Source of the DNA: Octopus bimaculoides
Lineage: Eukaryota
Assembly (NCBI RefSeq): GCF_001194135.2
Contig: NC_068993.1
Coordinates: forward strand, 11,393,592-11,457,591
Direction: 5' to 3'
DNA: 64,000 nt
Translations under genes and position numbers: made by a program
In this document: positions 24,326 to 37,460 of the stretch, one piece after another
Layout: every line of letters begins with the position of its first letter
How positions within the stretch are numbered: the first letter of the stretch is position 1
Notes under the pieces: model-generated
Database searches by the model: none
What the model was told of the DNA's origin: nothing
The model's input: the letters and a program-made list of their open reading frames with translations, nothing else

Positions 24326-25082
24326 ATTTTGTCACTCTTTACCTACATTCCAAATGATGGAGTCTTATATTTTTCTTAGAAATCAACTACCTTCCAAGAC
24401 GAATAATTTAAAGAATAAAAAAAGAAGAGAACATACTCACACAGGCACACGCACAGACACACACATACACAAGCACAAACACACACACACACACACATAT
24501 ACGCACAAGCACACATAAACACACATGCACATATATGTATATTGTTTAGTATTTGATTTGCAAACTTGATGTAAAATAAGATGCTGATGTAAAATGAGAT
24601 GTAATTTTTCCAAGAAAAAGTTACCCTTGTTATATTTCAGTTCATTTATCTCTATTTTTCAGGAAGTTAATTAAGGAACTAAATAACTGGTCACAACTTG
24701 AAGAATAAAGTTATTAATTAGTAATGTGCTTTCGTAATGTCCATGAGTCACAATGTGCCATTCAACAATGGTGTTCTCATGTCCATGGTTGCCACAGATC
24801 TGGAAAGAAATATCGCTTTTCAGTGTGATACAAGCAAAGCCGTCAGTTAACAACTTCAAATTTTCTTCTCGTCCTTGCTCACATACATGAGTAGCTTTTA
24901 ATTTTGTTTATCGTCTATTTATTACTTGCACCAGTCATTGGAGAGCACCTTTCTTGGTGCAATGCATTGAATTGTTTACTAGAAGAAATCGCCAAACACA
25001 AAGGCGTACTCACAGAATTGACTGGTTTCCGAATTCAATCAGACATCATAAAAGAAAAATACATTTCCGGAGATACCTGTAA

Positions 25083-25138
25083 GTGAGATTGAAACCATAT
25101 GATTGCAGAGCGAACTACTTGACCACACAGCCATACCT
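25083..25138 (-). mobile_element. SINE family B head fragment
   Basis: Minus strand GGTATGGCTGTGTGGTCAAGTAGTTCGCT...GGTTTCAATCTCAC. Confidence 0.5.
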
Positions 25139-25427
25139 TCTACATAGAAACTATTTTTTATAATACTTCTTTTAGAGTCTCGGGTTGTTTTTCAATGTAA
25201 AAGTTTATTTTCTGTTGTTGAACGATACTGATCTACTTCATGACTATAACAGACTGAAAAGCTAGCTTTGTAAATGATCTTTAAATGACGTAAAAGTTAA
25301 GTTTTAAAATAGCCTTGCAACATATCATTCTTCTGTTTTTTAAATAATACAACCAAGAATTTCCCGAAAATATAATTTAATCACGGAATCCGTGACCCAG
25401 GAAAATCCAGGGTGAAACGTATAACTA

Positions 25428-25430
<3 letters not shown>

Positions 25431-25496
<66 letters not shown>

Positions 25497-25696
25497 NNNN
25501 NNNNNNNNNNNNNNNNNNNNNNNNNNNNNNNNNNNNNNNNNNNNNNNNNNNNNNNNNNNNNNNNNNNNNNNNNNNNNNNNNNNNNNNNNNNNNNNNNNNN
25601 NNNNNNNNNNNNNNNNNNNNNNNNNNNNNNNNNNCACACACAAAGAGGCAAATGTAGGCACATACACAAACACATATGGTTAAATATCTATATCTA

Positions 25697-25743
<47 letters not shown>

Positions 25744-25845
25744 ATATCTATCTATCTATCTATCTTATCTATCTATCTATCTATCTATCTACATTACCGC
25801 CCGACATATATAAGTATGTATGTATGTATGTATGTATGTATGCAT
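25431..25845. repeat. (CA)n / gap / (TATC)n / (TATG)n compound microsatellite
   Basis: Directly visible. Confidence 0.9.
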
Positions 25846-26155
25846 ACCTATATAATTCACATACACACGCACATATGTTATTTTTGAAGCTATTAATATT
25901 GTCATCCGTTGTCATGATAACCTCCTAACATCTTACACAAACATGAATATTCAATACTAATTTGAATCGATTAGATGTGATATCATCTGGCATTGCAGTA
26001 TCCATATTACATTTCATTCTATAACGTCTGCATTGTTGTTAGCATAACAGCAAAACGTTGGACATAAATGTGAAAAACTTTTTCGAAATATGCTGTAACG
26101 CAGACAAACTATTTTACGCTGAAGAATATGTATTGCGATAACACTTTGATAATGT

Positions 26156-26223
<68 letters not shown>
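26156..26223. repeat. (CTA)n microsatellite
   Basis: Directly visible. Confidence 0.95.
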
Positions 26224-26290
26224 GTTTTTGTCCACTCATGGATCCGGACCGAACCAGACTCCTAGCAACTTAACTGGCCCTTCCCTTCAG
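26224..26290 (-). mobile_element. Short Tx1-like RT fragment
   Basis: Minus frame EGPVKLLGVWFGPDP*VDKN resembles the 'V+LLGVWFGPD..+KNW' RT C-terminal segment of Tx1-like elements (recall). Confidence 0.5.
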
Positions 26291-26310
26291 CGTAGTGATA
26301 ATAATAAAGA

Positions 26311-26318
26311 TGATGATG

Positions 26319-26382
<64 letters not shown>

Positions 26383-26404
26383 TAATAATAATAATAATAA
26401 TAAT
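26311..26404. repeat. (AAT)n microsatellite
   Basis: Directly visible. Confidence 0.95.
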
Positions 26405-26414
26405 NNNNNNNNNN

Positions 26415-26520
26415 AGCACCACAGCAAACCACAGCACATACCCAAGGCGCACAGAGCTGCGCTCGGTAGTGAAGTGAAAGCACGTTATAAAAATAAAACT
26501 ACTGAACAACAATAATAATA
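26415..26520 (+). mobile_element. Probable 3' UTR of an R4/Dong-like LINE embedded in AAT repeats
   Basis: CACAGCAAACCACAGCACATACCCAAGGCGCACAGAGCTGCGCTCGGTAGTGAAGTGAAAGCACGTTATAAAAATAAAACTACTGAA followed by AAT repeats. The family assignment is from recall. Confidence 0.45.
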
Positions 26521-26637
26521 AAGATGTTGATGATGAAAGTGGTGATATTTTCTATAACATAGTCCTTATGAAGAATAATAAAAGATAATGATGATGATGA
26601 GGCTAACGGACACTTTTTTATGTTATATAATACGGGG

Positions 26638-26817
26638 TCTACTAAAAGCACAATACCTACAATTTGGAGGAGGGGGATAGTCTATTACATCGACCCTAGT
26701 ACGCTACTCGTACTTAATTTATCGACACCGAAATGATGAAAGGTATAATTGACCTCGGTAGAATTTGAACTCAGAACGTTGCATCCAGCGTGCTAACGAT
26801 TCTGCCAGCTCCCCACC
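26638..26817 (-). mobile_element. SINE family A
   Basis: Minus strand GGTGGGGAGCTGGCAGAATCGTTAGCACG...GTTCTGAGTTCAAATTCTACCGAGGTC...TAGGGTCGATGTAATAGAC. Confidence 0.85.
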
Positions 26818-27997
26818 TTTCTAACTATAAATATTGAGACGAAATATCCTTATTTCATTACGAGATATTTTCATAATGTGCGTTAGTGTCCGACAGTAGT
26901 TCACTGAGTCAAACTTTATATTTATTCATCTACTCTCTGTTCTCTCGACATAACCTTTCACAAAGGAGAAAACTAAGACTATTTCATGAATAAAAATAAG
27001 TTGCTGAAAAGGTGATTAAAGGGAGACAGCGAGCCATAAAGTTTTAAAATAAAAAATCAAGTATTCAGTAACGATATTCCTATTCGAATTCACTACACTA
27101 TCTATCTATTAGTGCATAAGAACAAAAAAATAATTATTCCTAATGTTTAAAGTTTCACAACAAAATTGATAAAATATNNNNNNNNNNNNNNNNNNNNNNN
27201 NNNNNNNNNNNNNNNNNNNNNNNNNNNNNNNNNNNNNNNNNNNNNNNNNNNNNNNNNNNNNNNNNNNNNNNNNNNNNNNNNNNNNNNNNNNNNNNNNNNN
27301 NNNNNNNNNNNNNNNNNNNNNNNNNNNNNNNNNNNNNNNNNNNNNNNNNNNNNNNNNNNNNNNNNNNNNNNNNNNNNNNNNNNNNNNNNNNNNNNNNNNN
27401 NNNNNNNNNNNNNNNNNNNNNNNNNNNNNNNNNNNNNNNNNNNNNNNNNNNNNNNNNNNNNNNNNNNNNNNNNNNNNNNNNNNNNNNNNNNNNNNNNNNN
27501 NNNNNNNNNNNNNNNNNNNNNNNNNNNNNNNNNNNNNNNNNNNNNNNNNNNNNNNNNNNNNNNNNNNNNNNNNNNNNNNNNNNNNNNNNNNNNNNNNNNN
27601 NNNNNNNNNNNNNNNNNNNNNNNNNNNNNNNNNNNNNNNNNNNNNNNNNNNNNNNNNNNNNNNNNNNNNNNNNNNNNNNNNNNNNNNNNNNNNNNNNNNN
27701 NNNNNNNNNNNNNNNNNNNNNNNNNNNNNNNNNNNNNNNNNNNNNNNNNNNNNNNNNNNNNNNNNNNNNNNNNNNNNNNNNNNNNNNNNNNNNNNNNNNN
27801 NNNNNNNNNNNNNNNNNNNNNNNNNNNNNNNNNNNNNNNNNNNNNNNNNNNNNNNNNNNNNNNNNNNNNNNNNNNNNNNNNNNNNNNNNNNNNNNNNNNN
27901 NNNNNNNNNNNNNNNNNNNNNNNNNNNNNNNNNNNNNNNNNNNNNNNNNNNNNNNNNNNNNNNNNNNNNNNNNNNNNNNNNNNNNNNNNNNNNNNNN

Positions 27998-28030
<33 letters not shown>

Positions 28031-28345
28031 ATGCTTCCACATATATATATATACACATGTATATATATGTACATACATACATACACACATATATATATAT
28101 CAATTAACATACATGTGCCCCCAAAAGTTATTATTTTATGTTTGTAATCGGTTACTTATTTTGCAGAATGCAAAGATATGTGCTGTTCGTTATTAGTCAT
28201 ACACGACGTAATGTACATTCATTGTGTACACATATATAATTTGAAGATAGTTTAAAAATTCTACGCAGACTTGATTCGTTTTGAATCGAATAATTCGATT
28301 TTGAGAGGAAAAAGTTTTGTTCATATATACATACATATATACATA

Positions 28346-28490
28346 TGTAGGCGTATAGCTCAGTGGTTAGAGCATCTGGTTCACTATCATGATGTAGCGT
28401 GTTGGATCCCTAGACGGAGATCTGAATAGTGTTCTTGAGATAAGACACTTTAAGTTAAGACACTTGAGTTAAGACACTTTACCCAAATCC
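28346..28490 (+). mobile_element. tRNA-derived SINE head, family C, with triplicated TAAGACACTT
   Basis: TAGCTCAGTGGTTAGAGCA A box, B-box-like GTTGGATCCC, then GTGTTCTTGAG..AAGACACTT three times (28441-28480). Confidence 0.6.
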
Positions 28491-29699
28491 AGGAAATTTA
28501 ATTTTCAGCACTCCTTCGTGTATACTGGACAATAGAAAACATGGTATATAGACGACTAAAACTGTTCTGCAAGATCTAAATATGTTACAATACATTGCTT
28601 GTAAAATAACTTTTCATGTGGTATTACGAAGGAATTCTTTGTTTACTTTCGTAAGTGAAGCTGCAAATAGCCATAGGGCAATAACCTCTTTAGAGCTTGT
28701 AGAGTATAATGACTTTATTTGGCGGGAGAAGATAAATTTTCACACTCTGCAATTCCTATAATAATGTAGAAATTGTAATGAATTCATTGAAGAAGTATCT
28801 GAATAGTGTGAAGCTATAAAAACCTATCTTACCGTTATGCGTAAATTGTTAGGAAATAATTTATTACTATGAAAATAAGTAAAATGTGACGACAGAATTT
28901 CGCGTCTAATAGATTAAACAACGAATTAAATAGATTAGCAAATGTTAGCTTTAACATTCTTACATAAGAAAATATTAGTTATAAAATACTTACTGAAGCA
29001 ACATAACTTTTGATTAAAGAAGACATCGGGAAAAGTCGCAAATATAAAACTAACAACAGCCAGTTGAAAACATTATAAAACTCAATATTAATGATTACAA
29101 ACTGACCACAAAATGCTACCAAGTTTAGCTAAAACACTGATAGACACATTAATCATCGAAGAAAATCGATAAGAGACATACGGAACAGTTTTAGTGATAT
29201 TGACATTACATTAGCTTCATGTGCAGAAGACCTACTTCATAACATAAAAAAGAAATGAAGAGGACATAAAATTCAAGTTAAAACAGTAAAATAAAATGTA
29301 AGTTGAAGAGTACCACTACCTTCAAAATATTGCTGACACAGGTACAATGATATAGATTACGAATGAAACACTTTAACACACTATAGAAGGAGAGACAACT
29401 ACGTAGATATAACCTACAAATTTACAGTTGCTAAAACACCGATTCTATGCTATTTGAATATGGAGAATCTAAAGGACATAATATCACAAACAAAAGTCGA
29501 AATTAGACGAAATAATTACAAACAATATGTACAGAAAATTTGACTGAAAATCTTCAAATCACATCGACTGCCATAAAATGTAGACTAAGTTCGTGTAAAC
29601 TTCGAAATAAATAACAGTAAACAAAGAAAATAAAAACTAAAAATACATTGATTGCGAGAATATTTCCGTTTGATTTAGAAGCTAAGACAAATGGCAAAT

Positions 29700-29942
29700 A
29701 TATAAAAGATAGAAATTTATCAAAACAACTCCAGCGGTTGAACAATTACATTATTTTTCGACATAGTCTCCTTGCTTTTCTATGCACTCCTCCCAACGGT
29801 CAAAATGATTCCGTAAAATCTGTGTGACAGGTGTGCTAAGACGTCTTACCGAAGCGCAGAAGCGCAATCGTGAGGAGACACGTCAACGACTACTCGAGCG
29901 CTGCAGCGACAAATGTCAGGCTTTTTTGGAGAGAATACGAAG
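29700..29942. mobile_element. Rearranged mariner remnant (C-terminus on minus strand, internal fragment on plus strand)
   Basis: Minus 29751-29800 gives DRWEECIEKQGDYVEK*. Plus 29815-29940 gives KICVTGVLRRLTEAQKRNREETRQRLLERC...FLERI (a decayed WVPR motif region). Confidence 0.75.
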
Positions 29943-29944
29943 AA

Positions 29945-30690
29945 CTCTGTTGTCCAATAAATGTTATTGTTGTACGAAAATTCATACCTACATAGGGCAC
30001 CCACACCTTTGGAACCATTCCATCAGAGAAGGTTTTCGGTTGGTCGCACAGCCATTCTTACAAAATTTGTTGCGCTTCCGTAGCAAATCACCGACCTCGT
30101 ACAGGGCGCTTAAGCGGTCCAACGAAGTGGTATACAGGATGATCCAGCAACTCGAAACTCAAATTTTCAATGATGTCAACGGTGGTCATGCATTGTGGTG
30201 CAATAATTCAGCGTATTCTCTTCAAAAAGCTTCAACTCTATCGTTGTAGCGGCTGTAGTAAGATTTGAGAGATGCCTGCATGGTTGCGCTTATGCACTTC
30301 GGAAACTTCTCTTAGCATCCATCTCACGCAGTATTTACGGTAACGGTTTTGTCGTGGATGATTTTATAAGCAGAACTATAACTAACTTGTAGAAAACATG
30401 TCACCCCAACGAAGGTCACCAGTCGGTTTGCCGAGCCATCATCCGAGCTTTCTGAATCTTTACGTGAGTGGTAGAGTTTGATGGGCGACCTGAAACCTCC
30501 TCGTGTTTGACGCTTTCCCATCCATTTTAACTCTTCTAGATCCAATCATGCACACTTCTGCACGGTAGAGCGCTAACAGCACATTGTACTGGAAACCTGC
30601 GATAATCTTCAGTCACTGACACATCTTCATACCAGAGAAATTAGATCCCTAATGTCTCTTCTTCGTTAGTGCAAATAGCCTGCTGAGTGG
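29945..30690 (-). mobile_element. Internally deleted mariner transposase remnant
   Basis: GRPS, GSAYKIIHD, KYCVRWMLR (cf. KVCARWVPR), FLKRI, FELLDHP, HFVGPLKR..RGR and WL..QPK..FSDG. Confidence 0.85.
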
Positions 30691-31524
30691 CTATATTTAT
30701 TTTGCAACACAAGAAAGAAAACTTGACCGATGACGGTAAATCCACGGTTACAAACCACAAGTGCTGAAGACTGTGTGGTCCAATTAAAATTTTGGCGGAA
30801 GTGTGTATAATTTATATATATGTACACAGAGTGGATTTAATGCCATGTTTCACCTCAACCAAGAAGGGAAATCATTATTGACGGCAATCGATGAGGAAGT
30901 GTGTATAAATATGTTAGAGACATTCAAATGTCACTCTCCAGGAACACGATCTGGAAAAGCTTAAAGCATAATACTAAACATTTGTTCTAGAACCTATATG
31001 TGATCGGTGAACGTCTCTCAAAATATTTTAAAGTACTGTTACAAAATCCTGGAAAAAAATCAACTGCAATATTCTACGCAAAGATATATATTTCTGCTTT
31101 CTATATCAGTAATAAAATACTGAATTCCAAATCTATTGGATCAGCATATGTCTAAAAAAACAATCAAGAAATCAATAAAATTCTGGCATCAAAATGTCTG
31201 CTAAAATCCACGAAAGCCTGCACAAATACTTACTGCTATATGTACAGAAGTAGATAAGCGTGAAGGTGGCTTATGTACGAAAGAATCAATTACTAATTAA
31301 AAAAAAACAAACTACAAAAAACTGTGATGGAAAGGGTTTAGTAAGTAAGAGAATAAAACGAAAATAGCGAGAGGACAATAAATCTTACAAATAACGTGAT
31401 TGTGATTCTAAATATAAGAACGTTTACAGAAGTTATATTAAAACAACAGTTTATGGCAAAGTGTAATAAAATATTAAGCGTAAAATGCTGAAAGGATACA
31501 TCACCCTGAAAACCATATATACAC

Positions 31525-32065
31525 ACATACATACATGCATACATACATACATACATACATACATACATACATACATACATACATACATACANNNNNNNNN
31601 NNNNNNNNNNNNNNNNNNNNNNNNNNNNNNNNNNNNNNNNNNNNNNNNNNNNNNNNNNNNNNNNNNNNNNNNNNNNNNNNNNNNNNNNNNNNNNNNNNNN
31701 NNNNNNNNNNNNNNNNNNNNNNNNNNNNNNNNNNNNNNNNNNNNNNNNNNNNNNNNNNNNNNNNNNNNNNNNNNNNNNNNNNNNNNNNNNNNNNNNNNNN
31801 NNNNNNNNNNNNNNNNNNNNNNNNNNNNNNNNNNNNNNNNNNNNNNNNNNNNNNNNNNNNNNNNNNNNNNNNNNNNNNNNNNNNNNNNNNNNNNNNNNNN
31901 NNNNNNNNNNNNNNNNNNNNNNNNNNNNNNNNNNNNNNNNNNNNNNNNNNNNNNNNNNNNNNNNNNNNNNNNNNNNNNNNNNNNNNNNNNNNNNNNNNNN
32001 NNNNNNNNNNNNNNNNNNNNNNNNNNNNNNNNNNNNNNNNNNNNNNNNNNNNNNNNNNNNNNNNN

Positions 32066-32140
<75 letters not shown>
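31525..32140. repeat. (TACA)n / gap / (GA)n microsatellites
   Basis: Directly visible. Confidence 0.95.
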
Positions 32141-32143
<3 letters not shown>

Positions 32144-32899
32144 GGATGATAAATGAGAGAAACACAAGATACAATAAAAGAACATATACGAATGGCTGTA
32201 AAGTACATCTAACTATTCCCCCGTAGAACTCTGGCTGCTGCTACCCTTCATTAAATATTTGTGCTAAAATGGATTAGAATGCGACATTAAGCCAGAAATT
32301 AAATTATCCAATTTATCATGGAATCATGAACAACAAGATATGCATACAGATGTCTTATTGGGCAAAATTACATCGAAATGTCTACTCCCGGAAAATGGTC
32401 TTTCTTTAAGGCCAGAAAATAGAAAATAAGCAAACCTCACCAAAGAATAAATATAAATTGACAGAAAGCTCAGCTGAGAGATGTAGTAGGTTACTGCTCC
32501 CTTTAGTAGACTTGTACTGCTGAGAAACCTACAGACGTCATGGAACCACGTCCATGTAAGAGACAGGCAATTCTTTGAAACAAGTCCACGTATTAATATG
32601 CTCTTAACTGTAATTAGAAGAGATGCTGCCTGCATTCTCCAGTACTTGAATGGCTTCTGCTCACTGGAGAGCTGCCTAGTTTCGTGCCTTCTACATTCAG
32701 GATATCCGAAGCACACATCTCTTCTTTTGGCAACCATATTTTGTATAACCCCTTAGTCTCTGGCACAAATCGCCGCACGCAGTCTTCGCTTTCAAAGCGT
32801 AGATTCTGATATATTATCCAATCACAATTTCCATTGCTGCCGTAGATTTTTGAGTGTTGAAGACAAACGTTAACTTTCGATATTAACTAGTTTGGAAGG

Positions 32900-34250
32900 A
32901 GGTCATATGAAGGCCATGGGCATATTCCCTTCATAAGAAATTATTCAATAAAATATATCCAATACACATTAAAATATCAAGTAAAGAATTATACTTTAGA
33001 AATAACATAACGCCGCTGGATACAACAACAAATGGCATCGAAATGTTAACGATGAAATACCAAAAGTTAGCGACATTTGAATAAAACCAAAATAGAACAA
33101 TTGCATTGAAACTATTTACTAAAAGGTACACATCCCTGAGCAACATGCGATTGAAAATTAATGTCGGTAAGTGTTTCACTGGGTTCGTGTCATATTTCAT
33201 CATTCTACGAAAATATTTATATCTATTGATTTCAGCAACCACAATGTTCAGCCATTCTAGTGGAGTTAGTCAAAGGGTGGATCTTTATAACGCTTTTCCA
33301 ATCACCTACACAAATCGAATGTGGATGCATTCATTAGTCACTCTTTGTAATATTCAGTTCATGAAAATTTATTCAAGTACATCTTTGTTATCTATTATAG
33401 GAGCGGAAATGTTTGTTCAACGGTTTTATATTTACTTCTCATTTGTCTGAAAAGAATTTTGTGATGGGATTATTCAAGGTTCTTTTATGTTACCCTTAGA
33501 CTACGGTGGTGGACCCTCTTCCTACTTCGTTTGAGATGACCTCGTTGTAACCTCCATGTGACGCCTGGACTTAAATTTGCCAAAAGTATGCAAACTGTAA
33601 ATTGTCTAAAGTCTAACAATTACTTTACTGCCTGTATAATTCTTAAGATTTCTATCTCAAACAATCCAAAGCCTCTTGAAATTACAACTAAAATAAAAGC
33701 AACAATAAAAAAAAAACAGTGTAAACAACGCTTATATATGAAATATAAGTCAAGTCATTTCATGAAATGAAAATGAACCTTGAAATTGTGTGTAAACGAT
33801 ATGCAGGTGTGCTAAGAAGTACGTTTAAATATCAGTGTTTCAACAATGCTTCTTATTTTAGAAATCCAGACAAGAAGATAACAGTAGATCTATCATGTTA
33901 GCTTTCTTGTAACAACCGTCTAATTTTAACATCGTCTGGAAAATGCTCGATACAAGTAGAGGATATAGACTTTGAGATTTGCATAATTCTGTAAAGGGCT
34001 GCATTAAGGACAAACGTATTTCAATGGCGAATTAGCTAACCGGTATATAAAAGACCTTCATTAAATGTTACCCCTTCTATTAATACCTGTTGATACATCG
34101 GAAGATTATAACATCAATTAACTGAACGGATCAGTATTTAGCTATATAACTGGAACAACCACACACTCTCACAAGTCATCTCTTCACACTTAACGGACTG
34201 AAAAACCATACAGTTCTAGAAAATGCTCCTAGAGATTTACGATCTGGGCT
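32900..34250 (+). mobile_element. Very decayed LINE RT region (CR1/Jockey-like)
   Basis: Plus-strand FVSYF...SHSSGVSQRVDL..AFPITYTN resembles the SGVPQGSxLGPxLFxIYxND motif. Downstream segments fit the RT C-terminus, with many stops. Confidence 0.35.
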
Positions 34251-34905
34251 GTCTCATTTTTATTTGTAACAGAATGGCTTAATATTTAACAACTTGACAG
34301 GAAAAATCATACCTTTTAACTTCAGTGGGCTCATGGGTATTCGTAATCTTACAACGATTATCGTAATATGGCGTACTTTTATTTATGTAAGTCTCCACAT
34401 ACACGTTATCTACATTCACCCACTTCCTTAATTGTTACTTTTATGAACTTCCTATTTCTTACTTGGTAAAAAAGGCAGTCAAATTACGATATATATATAT
34501 ATATANNNNNNNNNNNNNNNNNNNNNNNNNNNNNNNNNNNNNNNNNNNNNNNNNNNNNNNNNNNNNNNNNNNNNNNNNNNNNNNNNNNNNNNNNNNNNNN
34601 NNNNNNNNNNNNNNNNNNNNNNNNNNNNNNNNNNNNNNNNNNNNNNNNNNNNNNNNNNNNNNNNNNNNNNNNNNNNNNNNNNNNNNNNNNNNNNNNNNNN
34701 NNNNNNNNNNNNNNNNNNNNNNNNNNNNNNNNNNNNNNNNNNNNNNNNNNNNNNNNNNNNNNNNNNNNNNNNNNNNNNNNNNNNNNNNNNNNNNNNNNNN
34801 NNNNNNNNNNNNNNNNNNNNNNNNNNNNNNNNNNNNNNNNNNNNNNNNNNNNNNNNNNNNNNNNNNNNNNNNNNNNNNNNNNNNNNNNNNNNNNNNNNNN
34901 NNNNN

Positions 34906-34938
<33 letters not shown>

Positions 34939-35299
34939 GCCCTTATATTACTATATTATATGCATTGAGTACTCTACTATTGTTTATAGAAACACATTAA
35001 CTATGTGTGTGCATGAAAAAGTAAATATACATCTGCATTTATAGCCATGTTCATATGTACGTACACACACGCACATGCTCACACGCTTGCATAGGTAGTG
35101 CATCTCCAGCGTATCACTGTATCTCTAAAACGAGACTACCACAGCATCATACTTAAAATACCTGGAGAGAAAATAACGCAGATCTAAAAGTAAGTTTGGA
35201 TTCCAACAGAGTGCAAACAAACAACAATAACGAGAATATAACTACTGAAACAACTACTATGAAAAGGAAACTACAAACATGGAGACGTAAACTAGGAGC

Positions 35300-36350
35300 G
35301 CAGACTTATTGCAAACAGAAGAAATAGAAACAAGTAAAGAATATAAAATATTAAAATCAATTCCGAACATGTGTAAAGAATATCGACCAAAAAATCTGAA
35401 CCAGAATTATTCTAAGAAAAATACGAACACAATTGAATATGAAAAAAAAGCTGTAAGCGAAGAAACTTGTAAAGTTGGAAATTTTAAATATGACAATAAT
35501 ATAAATGTAGAAATAGTTAAAGAATTTAAATCGCAAGCAAATATCAACAAAAAAAGATATATAGAAGAATGGAAATTCCTCCTAACTCTAAAATCTATTG
35601 ATAAAATATTAACAACGATAAGAAACGTAGGCTGGGCTGTTATAAACATGCTGAAAATAGAATCAGACATCAATGCCACCGGGGCAAATAAAATAATTCT
35701 CACAAATGAATGTTGTTTCCTTCTCAAAATTTCTCACATAATGATCTCTACATCCAAAAATATAAATGCGGAAAACTACAATGAATATGAAGGTGATGAA
35801 TAGAATGGATTATGTCTCATTATTTAATGGAATGGAATCGAGGAGGAAGGAGGAGAAGTATTTAATATCAAGGAGTGCTTAAGACATCCTTTATAAATTG
35901 GAAAAAGCTATGTTTAAGGTTACATAAGAGATTAGTAATTGTTATTCCATCTAATTCCATCATCTTTTTGCTATATAAAGAAATGGAAAGACGATAATTA
36001 GACTGAATAGGAGCTTAAAAAAGAGATATGATTCAACGCTGTGAGACATCAAATCACATATAAACGGAAGATAGAATGGCGAGAAAAAAATAATAAATGT
36101 AAATGATTACGCACGTAAATCTAAATGCGAAAATTAGCGTAACAGATATCATCGGGAAATTAAATGATTTTAAAAAGAAAAATACAAACAAGTTGAAGGG
36201 AATTTATTAGCAAATAAAGGAAAATAATAACTTCATTTACACTATGCCGATCACCAATGAAGAGATATTTGTAAGTATCATGAATAGAATGGATTATGAA
36301 CTATCTGCAAATTTAGAAAATTGCTAGAATATATGTAGTATATTATTGCA
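35300..36350 (+). mobile_element. AT-rich degenerate ORF region, best guess a Penelope-like element
   Basis: 164-aa Lys/Asn-rich ORF (35309-35803). An identical 19-mer ATGAATAGAATGGATTATG (MNRMDY) occurs at 35796 and 36280, resembling the PLE RT motif ADKGxxxVIMxxxDY. Confidence 0.35.
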
Positions 36351-37146
36351 ATACTCAAGTAAAAAGAAGGGACATGTTTCCACATACATATAAATTATGG
36401 GGGAAAAATGAAAAAGAAATATAATTTTCGTGTGCATATTTATAAACAAACAAAATCATAGATGAGTTAATATCTTGCGGTAGTAGTTGGGAAACACTAA
36501 TAGAAGGAAAAAAATTCTAAACAAGTCTGTCTCATCTCCTGCGAAAAATTTGGTATTAAAAATTCCTTTGTACGAAACAGCAAAAATGGGTAATGTAATA
36601 TTCAGCATTGTCTTAGAAACTCATGCGGCACAGCTGAGTCAAAATTTCAAAATGTGGAATAAATTATTTCTTCGTGAGAAAAGAAAGAAAGAAGTTTTAT
36701 GTTTCGGGCAAATCCCTCTGACAAAGGTGTGTTCTCGTAACAAATTTTTGTTTTTCCTCGCGGGAAAATAATTTATTCCAAATTGTTAAACTTTTTCATG
36801 CTACATATTGAAAGAGATGGTTGCAAGTTTCTTCTCCCACCTACGTCAATTCGACACAAGTGTTTGCAGTTGCAGCACAAGACAAAAACATTCTCTGTAG
36901 AAACTAAATTGTAATAGAAGAATATAATAAAACGCAACGGCAGATTAATTACATCTTGCAAAGAAACAATAAATTATTCAGTCTGTGGCTACCCAGCTTT
37001 GGAATATGATTAGCCAAGCCAGAATTAGAGGAGTTTGATTTCTTGCTAACAACTCAAGCATTATGATTATGCTAAAAATAATAAAAAACTAGAAACACTT
37101 ATCATAAACACATATGTCCAAATGAGAAAAGTAACAATAATCTGAC

Positions 37147-37460
37147 CATATTGGAAAGAGGGTCAAGGTGTAAAAAAGAGGTTAATACGCAACACCAGGA
37201 TAAGCCAGTCCAAAAAACATTCCTTCTATTTCTTTTTCTTACGCAAACCAAACATTCATAGTCAGCTTGCAACGCTTGTCGCAGCTTCCACATATTGCTC
37301 ATATTGGAAAGAGGGTCAAGGTGTAAAAAAGAGGTTAATACGCAACACCAGGATAAGTCAGTCCCCCAAAAAATTCCTTCTGTTTCTTTTTCTTACGCAG
37401 ACCAAGCATTCATAGTCAGCTTGCAACGCTTGTCGCAGCTTCCACATATTGCTCATATTT
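37147..37460. repeat. Tandem duplication of a ~153-bp unit
   Basis: CATATTGGAAAGAGGGTCAAGG... starts at 37147 and again at 37300, with only a handful of differences. Confidence 0.95.

Noticed and set aside
32931-33270. Hydrophobic minus-strand ORF resembling a GPCR or chemoreceptor fragment
   Set aside because: The opposite strand carries decayed RT motifs (SGVSQ). Antisense frames of A-rich LINEs are typically hydrophobic, and no receptor motifs are present.
36773-36961. Possible minus-strand terminal exon after the acceptor ttgtttctttgcaag
   Set aside because: The peptide is unrecognised and no upstream partner exon was identified.
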